The position numbers and the translations under genes were made by a program. A DNA stretch of 64,000 nt from an uncultured bacterium (GTDB lineage: Bacteria; Fidelibacterota; Marinisomatia; Marinisomatales; JAHJCW01), in assembly GCA_965369995.1 (NCBI GenBank), contig CBDURO010000001.1:10260-74259 (forward strand). The letters are read 5' to 3'. A model generated the notes under the pieces. It searched no databases, had not been told where the DNA came from, and was given only the letters and a program-made list of their open reading frames with translations. Below, piece by piece: positions 54,141 through 63,975 of the stretch (positions within the stretch are counted from its first letter, which is position 1; each line of letters opens with the position of its first letter).

Positions 54141-55532
54141 ATGCAAAGACGTTTATTTATATCAATAATTTTATTAATAGGATTATTATCAGCACAGAAT
54201 TCTATTGTTAAACAATTTAGTTCAGCTATTGCCGATGTCGTTGAAAAAGCTAATCCTGCTGTTGTAACAATTACAGCGGAAAAAGTAATAAAAATTGATG
54301 ATCAATTTCGACAATTTGGCGATTTTCCATTTTTTCATCCACAATTACCAGATCAAGAATATTCCAGTCAGGCGCTCGGTTCAGGAGTGATTGTAGATGC
54401 TAAAAAGGGTTATGTTCTCACAAACAATCATGTGGTTGAGAATGCCAAACAAATCAAAATCAAACTGATTGATAAACGTGTAATTCCAGCAAAAATTGTA
54501 GGTACGGATCCAAAGTCAGATATAGCAGTTTTGCAAATTGATGTTAATAACATCCAACAAATTCCTCTCGGTGATTCTGATAAATTGCGCGTAGGTGAAT
54601 GGGTGTTAGCAGTCGGTAGTCCTTTCTCTGCAAATTTAAGTCATACTGTTACAGCCGGAATTGTTAGTGCTTTAGGACGTAGTTATGTAATGCCAGGGAA
54701 TGGCGATCATTATGAAAATTTTATTCAAACAGATGCTGCAATCAATCCAGGAAATAGTGGTGGTGCCCTACTTAATCTTGACGGCGAATTAGTTGGAATT
54801 AATACCGCGATTGCTACGGGCGGAATGGAAAGATCTAATCGCGGCGTTGGATTTGCTATTCCATCTAATATGATAAAAAAGGTTATGAATGACTTAATCG
54901 AAAAAGGATATGTAGTACGCTCATGGCTTGGTGTTTACATTCAGCCTGTCGATGATAAGACTGCTCGTGCGTTAGATTTATCAAATCGCGATGGCGCTCT
55001 TGTAAGTGAGATTGTTCCGAACAGTCCGGCTGATAATGCAGGTATGCAAATTCAGGATGTAATCATAGAGTTTGATGGGGAAAAAATAACAAACCCATCA
55101 CACTTGAAAAATGTTGTATCATCAACACCTCCCGGGAAACGCAGCAAATTAATTATTGTTAGAGATGGTAATCGGAAGACGATCAATATTATTTTGGAAG
55201 AGCTTGAGCAAAAATCGCAAATATTTGCGACAAACAATAATACTAATATGAGTTTAGGGATTGAGGTTCGAAATATCTCTAGTTCATTAGCAGAAAGATA
55301 TGAAATCGATCCAGAGAGTACCGGTGTTTTGGTAACTGATATTGATAAAAAAAGTAATGCATATGAAGCAGGCATTAGAACTGGAGATATCATTACTCGC
55401 GTTGGTACAAAAAAGGTTACTTCTATCAAAATTTTTAGAAACCTTGTAGAAGATTTAAAGGAGCAAGATTCCTTGTTATTACTCATAAAACGAGGTGAAA
55501 GATCTAGTTATTTTGCATTTGAAATTGATTAA
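54141..55532 (+). CDS. htrA: HtrA/DegP/DegQ-family periplasmic serine protease with two PDZ domains
   Basis: 463 aa. Signal peptide, catalytic TNNHV...D...GNSGGAL, and two PDZ domains. Confidence 0.92.
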   Translation: MQRRLFISIILLIGLLSAQNSIVKQFSSAIADVVEKANPAVVTITAEKVIKIDDQFRQFGDFPFFHPQLPDQEYSSQALGSGVIVDAKKGYVLTNNHVVENAKQIKIKLIDKRVIPAKIVGTDPKSDIAVLQIDVNNIQQIPLGDSDKLRVGEWVLAVGSPFSANLSHTVTAGIVSALGRSYVMPGNGDHYENFIQTDAAINPGNSGGALLNLDGELVGINTAIATGGMERSNRGVGFAIPSNMIKKVMNDLIEKGYVVRSWLGVYIQPVDDKTARALDLSNRDGALVSEIVPNSPADNAGMQIQDVIIEFDGEKITNPSHLKNVVSSTPPGKRSKLIIVRDGNRKTINIILEELEQKSQIFATNNNTNMSLGIEVRNISSSLAERYEIDPESTGVLVTDIDKKSNAYEAGIRTGDIITRVGTKKVTSIKIFRNLVEDLKEQDSLLLLIKRGERSSYFAFEID

Positions 55533-55538
55533 TAATTA

Positions 55539-56393
55539 GGGTAAAGTCCCAGTTTAGCCACTAATGTTGATAAATTACACATATGAAAAAGCAGTTAAAG
55601 TGTTTACGTTGTGGTTGTCAAAAACTTTACTCTGTCCGAAGAGAAAAGAAGCGTTGCAGCAGTTGTGGTTACGAATGGAAACCGGACAAATTACCTTTGC
55701 ACTTAACCCGGAAAGAATGGTCCAGAATTTTACACTGGTTTTTAAGAGGTTTACCAGTGGTTGCGATCGCACAGGAAACAGGGATTGAACGTAAGCGGAT
55801 ATTACGCGCTTTAACCTATGTAAGAATGACATTTCAGAAAGATATTCCGGATGTTTTTTCAGGTACTGTTGAGGTTGATGAAACTTATATTGGAGGACAG
55901 TGGAAAAACAAAAGACACAGTGCAAAAGCAGGTGGCAGTAAGCGCGGTCGAGGGACTTCCAAGACACCTGTATTTGGTATTTTATGCCGTGGTGGAAAGG
56001 TATGGGCACAAGTAGTCCCTGATGTAGAAGCAAAGACATTATTACCTCTGATCTCCCGACGGGTAGAAAGGGGAAGCACGGTATGCTCTGACACATGGAA
56101 AAGTTATACCGGGGTAGCGGCTAATGGTTATGTTCACCGCTTGGTAAAACATAGTGAAGGTGAGTATAGTGATGGTAAAGGAAACCATATTAACGGCCTT
56201 GAAGGGTTCTGGGGATATCTTAAAAGAAGATTGGCTGCCAAAGGTGGAATCAGGAAGAAAAGATTGCCATTGTACTTGGCTGAATATGTTTGGAAGTATA
56301 ATCATAGAAATGATAGTATTCAATTACAGAAAAAACTCATTCTTAAACAACTTGAAAAGTAACATGTTTAGTGGCTCTTTTGGGACTTTACCC
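55539..56393 (+). mobile_element. IS1595-family insertion sequence (855 bp)
   Basis: Terminal inverted repeats GGGTAAAGTCCCAgtttAGCCACTAA (left, 55539-55564) and the complement of 56368-56393 match at 22 of 26 positions (13 + 9 exact). A 7-bp direct repeat ATAATTA flanks the element (55532-55538 and 56394-56400). It carries a single transposase ORF and is visibly more GC-rich than its surroundings. Confidence 0.85.
55583..56362 (+). CDS. IS1595/ISXO2-like DDE transposase with N-terminal zinc ribbon
   Basis: 259 aa. CLRCGC...CSSCG zinc ribbon, then VEVDETYIGG, VCSDTWKSY and NHINGLEGFWGYLKRRL, the DDE_Tnp_IS1595 pattern. Confidence 0.88.
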   Translation: MKKQLKCLRCGCQKLYSVRREKKRCSSCGYEWKPDKLPLHLTRKEWSRILHWFLRGLPVVAIAQETGIERKRILRALTYVRMTFQKDIPDVFSGTVEVDETYIGGQWKNKRHSAKAGGSKRGRGTSKTPVFGILCRGGKVWAQVVPDVEAKTLLPLISRRVERGSTVCSDTWKSYTGVAANGYVHRLVKHSEGEYSDGKGNHINGLEGFWGYLKRRLAAKGGIRKKRLPLYLAEYVWKYNHRNDSIQLQKKLILKQLEK

Positions 56394-56413
56394 ATAATTA
56401 ATTGATATGGAAT

Positions 56414-56444
56414 AAAAAACCCCCGTTATTTGCGGGGGTTTTTT
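56414..56444 (+). terminator. Rho-independent terminator, probably the original htrA terminator displaced by the IS
   Basis: A-run, CCCCCG (56420-25), 7-nt loop, CGGGGG (56433-38), then TTTTTT. Confidence 0.8.
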
Positions 56445-56544
56445 ATTAATAAACAAATTACTGTAATCGTTGGAAAAATTTTGTATTTGAACTAACTTCG
56501 ACGTCTAAAAAATTTAGAGAAAGATTCGACAAATTACATATTCA

Positions 56545-59500
56545 ATGGCAATAAAGAAGGTTAATGCAAAGGTTGATTTTATAGCTTTAGAGCATAAAAT
56601 CATGGAATTTTGGGAAACCAATAAAATTTTCCAAAAGCGCGTGAAATTAAATAAAGGTAAACCGCGTTGGAGTTTTATTGATGGTCCTATTACAGCTAAT
56701 AATCCAATGGGTGTTCATCATGCTTGGGGCAGAACATTGAAAGACCTATACCTTCGGTACAATGCCATGACCGGACATGAAGTACGCTATCAAAACGGAT
56801 TTGATTGTCAAGGATTGTGGGTTGAAATTGAAGTTGAAAGAGAACTTGGATTCAAATCAAAACGTGATGTTGAACGATACGGAATTGAGAAATTTGTGAA
56901 CCTTTGTAAAGAACGAGTTTATAAATACGCCGGAGTAATTGCAGAACAATCAAAACGACTGGGATATTGGATGGATTGGGAAAACTCTTATTTTACAATG
57001 TCCGATGAAAATAATTATACAATTTGGTCGTTTTTAAAAAAGCTGTTTGAGCAAGGTAAAATTTACCGTGGTAATGACGTAGTTCCATGGTCAGGTCGTT
57101 CAGGTACAGCTTATTCGCAGATGGAAATTATCGAGGGGCGTAAACTTGTCGCACACGATTCTGTTTTTGTTCGTTTTCCATTAAAAAATAGAGATAATGA
57201 ATATTTATTGATATGGACTACAACACCTTGGACTTTAACATCTAATGTTGCAGTTGCTGTAAATGTTAATCTGGATTATGTAAAATTACAGGCGGTAGAT
57301 GGTTCCATTTACTATTTTGCTGAAGATAACTTAGAATTCCAACGTCTTGAAAAACAATTTGGCGTTAAAAAACAATGGGTTGATGGTGTTCCTAAACTCA
57401 AGACCATAGATCAAATTTTTAAAGAGCGTGGTGGATATACTGTTTTAGATACGATTAAGGGATCAGAGATAATTGGATGGGAGTATGAAGGTCCATTCGA
57501 TTATCTGGAAGCTCAAAGCAAACCCGGCGGATTTCCAATTGTTAAAGATGAACTGAAAAATCAAGGTATCAATGGTCATAAGTGCCACAAAGTAATTGAT
57601 GGTGGTAAGGATGGAATCGGTAACGATATAGTGGTAGCGGGCGAAGGTACAGGTATTGTACACATCGCACCGGGGTGTGGTGACATTGACCATAAAATTG
57701 GTAAAAAGCTTGGTTTAGTTAATATTGCTCCTTTGAATGAGGAATCTAAATTCATTAATGGTTTTGGTTGGCTTTCCGGTTTGACGGCAACTGAACAGGA
57801 GACAACAGACAAAATAATATCAGATTTGCGGGATAGAAAAATACTAGTACATACTGAAAAATATCCTCATATATATCCGCATTGTTGGCGTTCAGGCGAC
57901 GAATTAGTTTTCCGTATTGTTGATGAATGGTACATTAATATGGATTGGCGGGATAATATCAAAAAGATTGTTGATAATATTAATTGGATTCCGGAGTGGG
58001 GAAAAGAGCGGGAACATGAATGGCTCGATAATATGGGCGATTGGATGATATCGAAACAACGTTTTTGGGGTCTTGCTTTACCAATCTGGACGTTTGAAGA
58101 TGATTCTTTTTATGTGGTCGGTTCCAAAGAAGAATTGCAAGAATTAGCAGTTGAAGGTTGGGATTATTTTGACGGGCATAGTCCGCATCGTCCTTGGATT
58201 GATAAAGTAAAAATTAAACATCCTGAAAGTGGATTAATCGGTACCCGAATTCTTGATGTAGGTAATCCATGGTTAGATGCCGGAATTGTTACATATTCAA
58301 CAATAAAATATAATGAAGACCGATCTTATTGGGAGAAATGGTTTCCAGCAGAATTTATCACCGAGTGCTTCCCTGGCCAATTCCGCAATTGGTTCTATTC
58401 GCTCTTGGCGATGTCGACAGTAATGGAGAATAAAGCGCCTTTCAAAACTTTGTTAGGTCATGCTCTTGTCAGAGATTCTAAGGGTAAAGAAATGCATAAA
58501 TCTGCTGGCAATGCTATTTGGTTTAATGATGCCGCTGATGAAATGGGTGTTGATGTTATGCGGTGGCTTTTTATTAATCATAATGTGGAAAATAATCTAA
58601 ATTTTGGTTATGAAGCTGGCAATGAAATAAGGAAAAAAATTATTACGTTGTGGAATTCTTATTCTTTCTTTGCTACTTACGCTGCAGTCGATGGATTTAA
58701 TCCTCTAAAATCTAAGATTGAAGAAAGTGATTTAACAATTATGGATCGTTGGATAAGAGCAAAATTACATCAACTTATCAAAGATATACGTTCATCGTTT
58801 GAAATATATAGACTGGATAAGTCAATGCGGAAAGTCGAGCTGTTTATAGAAGACTTGTCCAATTGGTATATTCGTAGAAATCGACGTCGTTTTTGGAAAA
58901 GTGAAGATGATTCTGACAAACAGGCTGCTTATCATACGCTATATGATGTCTTATTAACACTAACAAAATTGTTAGCTCCGGTAATGCCGTTCATAACCGA
59001 TGAAATGTATAAAAATTTAGTAGTCAATATTGATGATTCAACTCTGAAAAGTGTACACTTATGTGATTATCCGGAAGTTGTATCAAAGTATATTGATAAT
59101 GATTTGATTAAGCAAGTTGATGCGTTGAAAAAAGTTGTGGAATTAGGACGATCTGCCCGGAATAAAGCTGACCTGAAAATCAGACAACCATTACAAAGTT
59201 TGTTTTATGTTGTAAATGATGATAATTTATCCAAGTTTCTAAATGATAATAAGTCTGTTATTTTAGATGAATTAAATGTAAAAGAGATAATGCGCGTAAC
59301 TAATTCTGAAGAATTATTAACTCCTAGTGTAAAACCGAATCTTGCAATAGTAGGAAAAACATTTGGAAATGCGATACCATCAATACGAAAAGCACTTGGT
59401 GAAATGAATGTAAATGATATTATTAATCAGATACAAGGCAATGGAGAAATAGTGTTAAATACAGATTCCGGTGACATAACATTAAAACAAGAACATATTT

Positions 59501-59856
59501 TGATAGAAACATCATCAGCTGAAGGATTAATAACTGCGCAAGATGAAGGATTTACTGTTGCCTTATCTACCGTATTAAATGATGAACTAATTCAAGAAGG
59601 ACTTGTAAGAGATTTAATACGCCAAGTACAAATCATGAGGAAAAATGCTGATTTTGCTGTAGAGGATCGTATTAAAGTATATGGTGAATTTGATGGTAAA
59701 TTAGAAGAAGCACTAAACGCATATAAAGATTATTTTTGTAATGAAACATTAACAGTAAATATCGAACTAAATGGTTCGGAAATAGAATATTCTGATACAA
59801 TTAAAATTCAAGGTGAAAAAATTACTCTGGGTATATCCCGGACAATTAAAGATTAA
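56545..59856 (+). CDS. ileS: Isoleucine--tRNA ligase (long, type-2-like form)
   Basis: 1103 aa. HIGH-type MGVHHAWGRT, CP1 editing domain, KMSKS-type KMHKSAGN, and a long C-terminal extension. Confidence 0.96.
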   Translation: MAIKKVNAKVDFIALEHKIMEFWETNKIFQKRVKLNKGKPRWSFIDGPITANNPMGVHHAWGRTLKDLYLRYNAMTGHEVRYQNGFDCQGLWVEIEVERELGFKSKRDVERYGIEKFVNLCKERVYKYAGVIAEQSKRLGYWMDWENSYFTMSDENNYTIWSFLKKLFEQGKIYRGNDVVPWSGRSGTAYSQMEIIEGRKLVAHDSVFVRFPLKNRDNEYLLIWTTTPWTLTSNVAVAVNVNLDYVKLQAVDGSIYYFAEDNLEFQRLEKQFGVKKQWVDGVPKLKTIDQIFKERGGYTVLDTIKGSEIIGWEYEGPFDYLEAQSKPGGFPIVKDELKNQGINGHKCHKVIDGGKDGIGNDIVVAGEGTGIVHIAPGCGDIDHKIGKKLGLVNIAPLNEESKFINGFGWLSGLTATEQETTDKIISDLRDRKILVHTEKYPHIYPHCWRSGDELVFRIVDEWYINMDWRDNIKKIVDNINWIPEWGKEREHEWLDNMGDWMISKQRFWGLALPIWTFEDDSFYVVGSKEELQELAVEGWDYFDGHSPHRPWIDKVKIKHPESGLIGTRILDVGNPWLDAGIVTYSTIKYNEDRSYWEKWFPAEFITECFPGQFRNWFYSLLAMSTVMENKAPFKTLLGHALVRDSKGKEMHKSAGNAIWFNDAADEMGVDVMRWLFINHNVENNLNFGYEAGNEIRKKIITLWNSYSFFATYAAVDGFNPLKSKIEESDLTIMDRWIRAKLHQLIKDIRSSFEIYRLDKSMRKVELFIEDLSNWYIRRNRRRFWKSEDDSDKQAAYHTLYDVLLTLTKLLAPVMPFITDEMYKNLVVNIDDSTLKSVHLCDYPEVVSKYIDNDLIKQVDALKKVVELGRSARNKADLKIRQPLQSLFYVVNDDNLSKFLNDNKSVILDELNVKEIMRVTNSEELLTPSVKPNLAIVGKTFGNAIPSIRKALGEMNVNDIINQIQGNGEIVLNTDSGDITLKQEHILIETSSAEGLITAQDEGFTVALSTVLNDELIQEGLVRDLIRQVQIMRKNADFAVEDRIKVYGEFDGKLEEALNAYKDYFCNETLTVNIELNGSEIEYSDTIKIQGEKITLGISRTIKD

Positions 59857-59865
59857 GAGGAAGTT

Positions 59866-60294
59866 ATGACAACCCCTAAAAAATATACTAAATCTAAACT
59901 AAATAAATTTAGAAAATTAATCCAAAAAGAAATTGATATCGTCCACCAAGATATGGATGAATTAAAGGAAGGTGTTCTTGATAGCGGTAAGGCTAGTGAA
60001 AGCTATGTCCCGGATTCGGTTTACAGCGTACACATGGCAGATGCCGGAACTGATGCTCATGAAAAAGAGAAAAATTTCCAATTTATGGTACGTGAAAACA
60101 GTTATTATCAAAACTTGGTAAGCGCTTTAAAACGGATTGATAACGGTACATACGGAATTTGTAAGCAATGCGTAGAAGAACCGAAAAACTTGTGTTCTAC
60201 ATGCCCATTAATTCCTGAAGACCGCCTTATGGCGGTGCCGATTGCAACGATGTGTGTTGAGTGCAAAGAGAAGGAGAAAATGGGTCTGCTGTGA
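59866..60294 (+). CDS. TraR/DksA-family C4 zinc-finger protein
   Basis: 142 aa. Coiled-coil N-half and C-terminal CKQC...CVEC finger. The ileS-traR/dksA-lspA order is common in Bacteroidota. Confidence 0.72.
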   Translation: MTTPKKYTKSKLNKFRKLIQKEIDIVHQDMDELKEGVLDSGKASESYVPDSVYSVHMADAGTDAHEKEKNFQFMVRENSYYQNLVSALKRIDNGTYGICKQCVEEPKNLCSTCPLIPEDRLMAVPIATMCVECKEKEKMGLL

Positions 60295-60767
60295 TTGTTT
60301 TAACAATTAGTATTATAATAGTAATTATTGATCAGATTTCTAAATATTTAATTCGCTCTACGATGGAGTTACACGAGACGATTCCGGTAATCAGGGATTT
60401 TTTCTATTTAACTTATGTCTCTAATGATGGAATGGTATTTGGCATCAATTTCCCTTGGAGTATGTACTTTTTAGCTACCGCTTCCTTTCTGTTGACAATT
60501 TTTCTTATCGGTTACTTATGGTATGAACGGAAAGGACATATTCTTTTGCGAATTTCTCTATCACTCATTATCGCCGGAGCGATTGGTAACTTTATTGATC
60601 GCGTTATGTTTAAAGAAGTTGTAGATATGTTCGATTTCATTTTTTGGGGATACCATTGGTACATTTTTAATGTTGCAGATTCAGCTGTAACTGTCGGAAT
60701 GATTTTATATTTAACTTATTCATTCTTTTTACAACCAAAAAAACAGACCGCTAAATCAGTCATTTGA
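60261..60767 (+). CDS. lspA: Lipoprotein signal peptidase II
   Basis: 168 aa with four TM segments. IIDQISKYL, NFIDR and FNVADS motifs. The start is GTG at 60261 or GTG at 60291 (GTGA overlap with the upstream stop). Confidence 0.9.
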   Translation: MQREGENGSAVIVLTISIIIVIIDQISKYLIRSTMELHETIPVIRDFFYLTYVSNDGMVFGINFPWSMYFLATASFLLTIFLIGYLWYERKGHILLRISLSLIIAGAIGNFIDRVMFKEVVDMFDFIFWGYHWYIFNVADSAVTVGMILYLTYSFFLQPKKQTAKSVI

Positions 60768-61729
60768 AAAACGATATCGTAATCGTTGATAAATCCGGGA
60801 TTCGTCTCGATAAATTCTTGGCGGACAATATTGACGAATTTTCCCGTTCCCAATTACAAAAATATATAAAAAACGGTAATATTACTGTAAATGGAGAGAT
60901 TAAACCGGTAAAATATCGCTTAAACCTAGATGATAAGATTCATATTAATATTTCTGATGAGATTTACGACAATGATTTTGTAGAACCTCAAGATATCCCG
61001 ATTGATATTATTTTTGAAGATGATGATATTATTGTAATTAATAAACAATCCGGTATGATAGTGCATCCCGGGACGAGTAATAAAGACGGAACACTGGCTA
61101 ATGCTTTAGCATATTATTGTGCGCAATTATCTGATATCAATGGACCGATACGTCCGGGTATCGTTCATCGATTAGATAAAGGTACTTCAGGAATTATTGT
61201 TGTTGCCAAAACAAATTATGCCCACATGAAATTAGCGGAACAGTTTTCAAACAGACTTGTAAAAAAAGTATATTACGGTATTACTTGGGGAAATTGGAAA
61301 GAAGAAGAAGGATTGATAGATCAACCAATAGCAAGAAAACGGAATGATCCGACATCATTTATTGTTAATGTAACCGGTAAGGAAGCTCAAACTAATTATC
61401 AAGTCATAAAAGAATCGCAATATTTTAGTCATGTTAATTACTTTCCGAAAACAGGACGTACTCATCAGATACGAGTTCATTCAGCATTTGTGGGAAACCC
61501 GATTATCGGAGATACAAAATATGGTGGAGGATTGTCTCGCATTAAAGGGTACATACCTGAAATCTCAAAAAAAATGGAATTGTTATTTAAAATAGTGCAG
61601 CGCCATATTTTGCATGCACAAAAAATTTCCTTTATACATCCTCGTAATAAAAAGGAGATAAACTTTGAATCTGATTTGCCGGATGATATACAAAATATTA
61701 TTAATACAATTGACACGTTAAATGTCTGA
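60764..61729 (+). CDS. rluD: RluA-family 23S rRNA pseudouridine synthase (RluD-like)
   Basis: 321 aa. N-terminal S4 domain and catalytic HRLDKGTSG. Confidence 0.9.
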   Translation: MKNDIVIVDKSGIRLDKFLADNIDEFSRSQLQKYIKNGNITVNGEIKPVKYRLNLDDKIHINISDEIYDNDFVEPQDIPIDIIFEDDDIIVINKQSGMIVHPGTSNKDGTLANALAYYCAQLSDINGPIRPGIVHRLDKGTSGIIVVAKTNYAHMKLAEQFSNRLVKKVYYGITWGNWKEEEGLIDQPIARKRNDPTSFIVNVTGKEAQTNYQVIKESQYFSHVNYFPKTGRTHQIRVHSAFVGNPIIGDTKYGGGLSRIKGYIPEISKKMELLFKIVQRHILHAQKISFIHPRNKKEINFESDLPDDIQNIINTIDTLNV

Positions 61730-62636
61730 TAATTTTAAACAATATATTGATGATTTCCTTTCCTATTTGGAAAAGGAAAGAGGATATTCTTCGCATACTT
61801 GTGTTTCATATATTCATGATTTACATAGATTTAATGACTTTCTAATAGAATATACAGGATCCTCTGATATTTTAGCAGAGAGCATAGATAAACAAGCGAT
61901 CAGACATTTTTTAGGTAAGGAATTTGAAGAGGATTTCTCTTCTAAAACGGTTGGAAGAAGATTGGCATCAATTAAATCATTTTTTAAATATTTAGTAAAA
62001 GCAGAAGTTGTTAATAATAATCCTGCTCTATATGTCAAAACTCCAAAAACTTCAAAACCCCTTCCAAACTTTATTGATGAAAAAATGATTGATGAACTTA
62101 TGAACGCTCCTCCAAGAAATACTATTACAGGGCTTAGAGATAGAGCTATACTGGAATTATTTTATAGTACCGGGATACGCTTAAGTGAACTGATTAATAT
62201 TAATTTCAGAAATATAGATTTCAATAATAATCTTATAAGAGTTGTAGGGAAAGGGAATAAAGAAAGATTAATCCCCTTCGGTAATCGGGCAATGAAGGCA
62301 ATTGAAAATTATCTTGAAAAAAGTGGCAGATCATTAAAAACTACTGACATAGATATTCCTCTATTTGTAAATTCAAAAGGTGAACGCATATCACAAAGGA
62401 CAGTTCAACGTAGTGTAAGTATGTATTTACGTTTAGTAACAGAAGGGGAACATCTTGGTCCTCATACCTTACGTCATTCATTTGCAACCCATTTATTAGA
62501 TCGCGGAGCAGACTTACGAGCAGTTAAAGACTTATTAGGACACAGTAGTTTGTCATCAACACAGATCTATACCCATGTGCAACCGGAAAGGATGAAAAAA
62601 ATATATAAAAAAGCGCATCCTCATGGAGATAATTAA
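61722..62636 (+). CDS. XerC/XerD-type tyrosine recombinase
   Basis: 304 aa. SAM-like N-domain. Catalytic residues in ELFYSTGIRLSEL, HTLRHSFATHLL and GHSSLSSTQIYTH. Confidence 0.9.
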   Translation: MSDNFKQYIDDFLSYLEKERGYSSHTCVSYIHDLHRFNDFLIEYTGSSDILAESIDKQAIRHFLGKEFEEDFSSKTVGRRLASIKSFFKYLVKAEVVNNNPALYVKTPKTSKPLPNFIDEKMIDELMNAPPRNTITGLRDRAILELFYSTGIRLSELININFRNIDFNNNLIRVVGKGNKERLIPFGNRAMKAIENYLEKSGRSLKTTDIDIPLFVNSKGERISQRTVQRSVSMYLRLVTEGEHLGPHTLRHSFATHLLDRGADLRAVKDLLGHSSLSSTQIYTHVQPERMKKIYKKAHPHGDN

Positions 62637-62668
62637 ATCAATAAAATCAAAAAAATAAGGAGTTTAAA

Positions 62669-62959
62669 TTGAACATTGAATTTACCTCGCGTCATTTTAA
62701 AGCACCTGATAATTTAAAAAACTACGCTATTAGTGAAGTTCAAAAAATCATTAAAGTTTACGATAGAGCTATACGATGTCAAATTTTATTATTCCATGAG
62801 AATGATCAATATACTACTGAATTAAATTTATCTATACCAAGCCATAAGCTAAATGTAAAAGAATCAACCGATAACATCACTAAATCAATTGACCTTGCTG
62901 TTGCAAAAATGATTACCCGAGTAAAAAAAATAAAGGGTAAACAAAATAACCATCATTAA
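62669..62959 (+). CDS. hpf: Ribosome hibernation-promoting factor / RaiA family (short form)
   Basis: 96 aa. MNIEFTSRHFKAPDNLKNYAISEVQKI pattern. AAGGAG upstream of the TTG start. Confidence 0.7.
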   Translation: MNIEFTSRHFKAPDNLKNYAISEVQKIIKVYDRAIRCQILLFHENDQYTTELNLSIPSHKLNVKESTDNITKSIDLAVAKMITRVKKIKGKQNNHH

Positions 62960-62972
62960 AAATTAGAAAAAT

Positions 62973-63887
62973 TTGAAAGCAATCATTCCTGTAGCTGGGT
63001 ATGGCACCCGATTAAAACCGCATACGGAGCGGTATCAAAAAACTCTTTTACCATTAGCAGGTAAACCTGCTTTAGATTTTATACTGAAACCACTATTTGA
63101 TTCAGGGATTGATGAGTTGGTATTTATAGTAGGTCATCTGAAAGAACAAGTAATTGATCATATGAAAAAATATGATGGTAAATTTTCATTTATCGAACAA
63201 AAAAAACGATTAGGTTTAGGACATGCAATCTTAACTGGTCTAAAAAATACTAACGAACCGGTTTTAGTGCAACTTGGCGATACAATTTTCGATTTAGATT
63301 ATAACGAGTTTTGCTCTTCTACAGAAAATATTATTGGTGTTGATGAAGTTGATGATCCATCACGTTTTGGCATAGTGGAATTAAAAGATGGAAAAGTGGT
63401 TAATTTTTTTGAAAAACATCCGAATCCACCGAGTAATTTAGCTATTAGCGGATTATATTATTTCAATAATGAAGGAAAATTAAAATCGGCAATTGAAGAA
63501 TTAATAAAACGCAACATTAAAACTAACAATGAATACCAAATTACTGATGCTTTGCAGCTAATGGTTAAACAAGGTGAAAATTTCAGTGTATTCCCAACAC
63601 CGAACTATTATGATGTAGGTGTCCCTGAAGCTATCTTGTATTCCAATCGCAAATTGTTAAGTTCTAATCATCAGGATTTTCCATCATCAAAAATAATTGA
63701 ACCGGTATTCATTGGTAATAATTGTGAAATTGATAATTCCATAATTGGACCATATGTCACAATTATGAATAGTTGTAATATTTATAATTCTAAAATAGAG
63801 GATAGTATAATTTTAGAAGATTCAAATATTACTGATAGGCAAATTATCGGCAAGATTGCTGCTAAAGATGGTTTGGAAGCTTGTTAA
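62973..63887 (+). CDS. Sugar-phosphate nucleotidyltransferase with C-terminal left-handed beta-helix
   Basis: 304 aa. KAIIPVAGYGTRLKP (GxGTRxxP) and C-terminal hexapeptide-like repeats. The sugar specificity cannot be determined by eye. Confidence 0.78.
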   Translation: MKAIIPVAGYGTRLKPHTERYQKTLLPLAGKPALDFILKPLFDSGIDELVFIVGHLKEQVIDHMKKYDGKFSFIEQKKRLGLGHAILTGLKNTNEPVLVQLGDTIFDLDYNEFCSSTENIIGVDEVDDPSRFGIVELKDGKVVNFFEKHPNPPSNLAISGLYYFNNEGKLKSAIEELIKRNIKTNNEYQITDALQLMVKQGENFSVFPTPNYYDVGVPEAILYSNRKLLSSNHQDFPSSKIIEPVFIGNNCEIDNSIIGPYVTIMNSCNIYNSKIEDSIILEDSNITDRQIIGKIAAKDGLEAC

Positions 63888-63975
63888 TATTTTAAATATT
63901 AATTTTAATTATATGGTCTGATTTACCTTTTTTTGTAACTTAAAAGTTCGTTAACTTAATTATTATGGAGATTTT

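Noticed and set aside
55052-55486. 144-aa minus-strand ORF inside htrA
   Set aside because: It is antisense to the PDZ-domain region of a clearly recognisable HtrA protease and has no motifs.
55575-56096. 173-aa minus-strand ORF and the 74-aa + strand ORF (55564-55788) inside the IS
   Set aside because: Both overlap the well-supported IS1595-type transposase frame and have no motifs of their own. They are most likely frame shadows of the GC-richer IS sequence.
63888-63975. Possible SAM riboswitch upstream of metK, and a glmS ribozyme upstream of glmS (9094-9109)
   Set aside because: The metK leader is 88 nt of AT-rich sequence with no pairing pattern matching the SAM-I, SAM-II or SAM-SAH classes that I can recognise. 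The glmS leader is only 16 nt, which is too short for the ribozyme.
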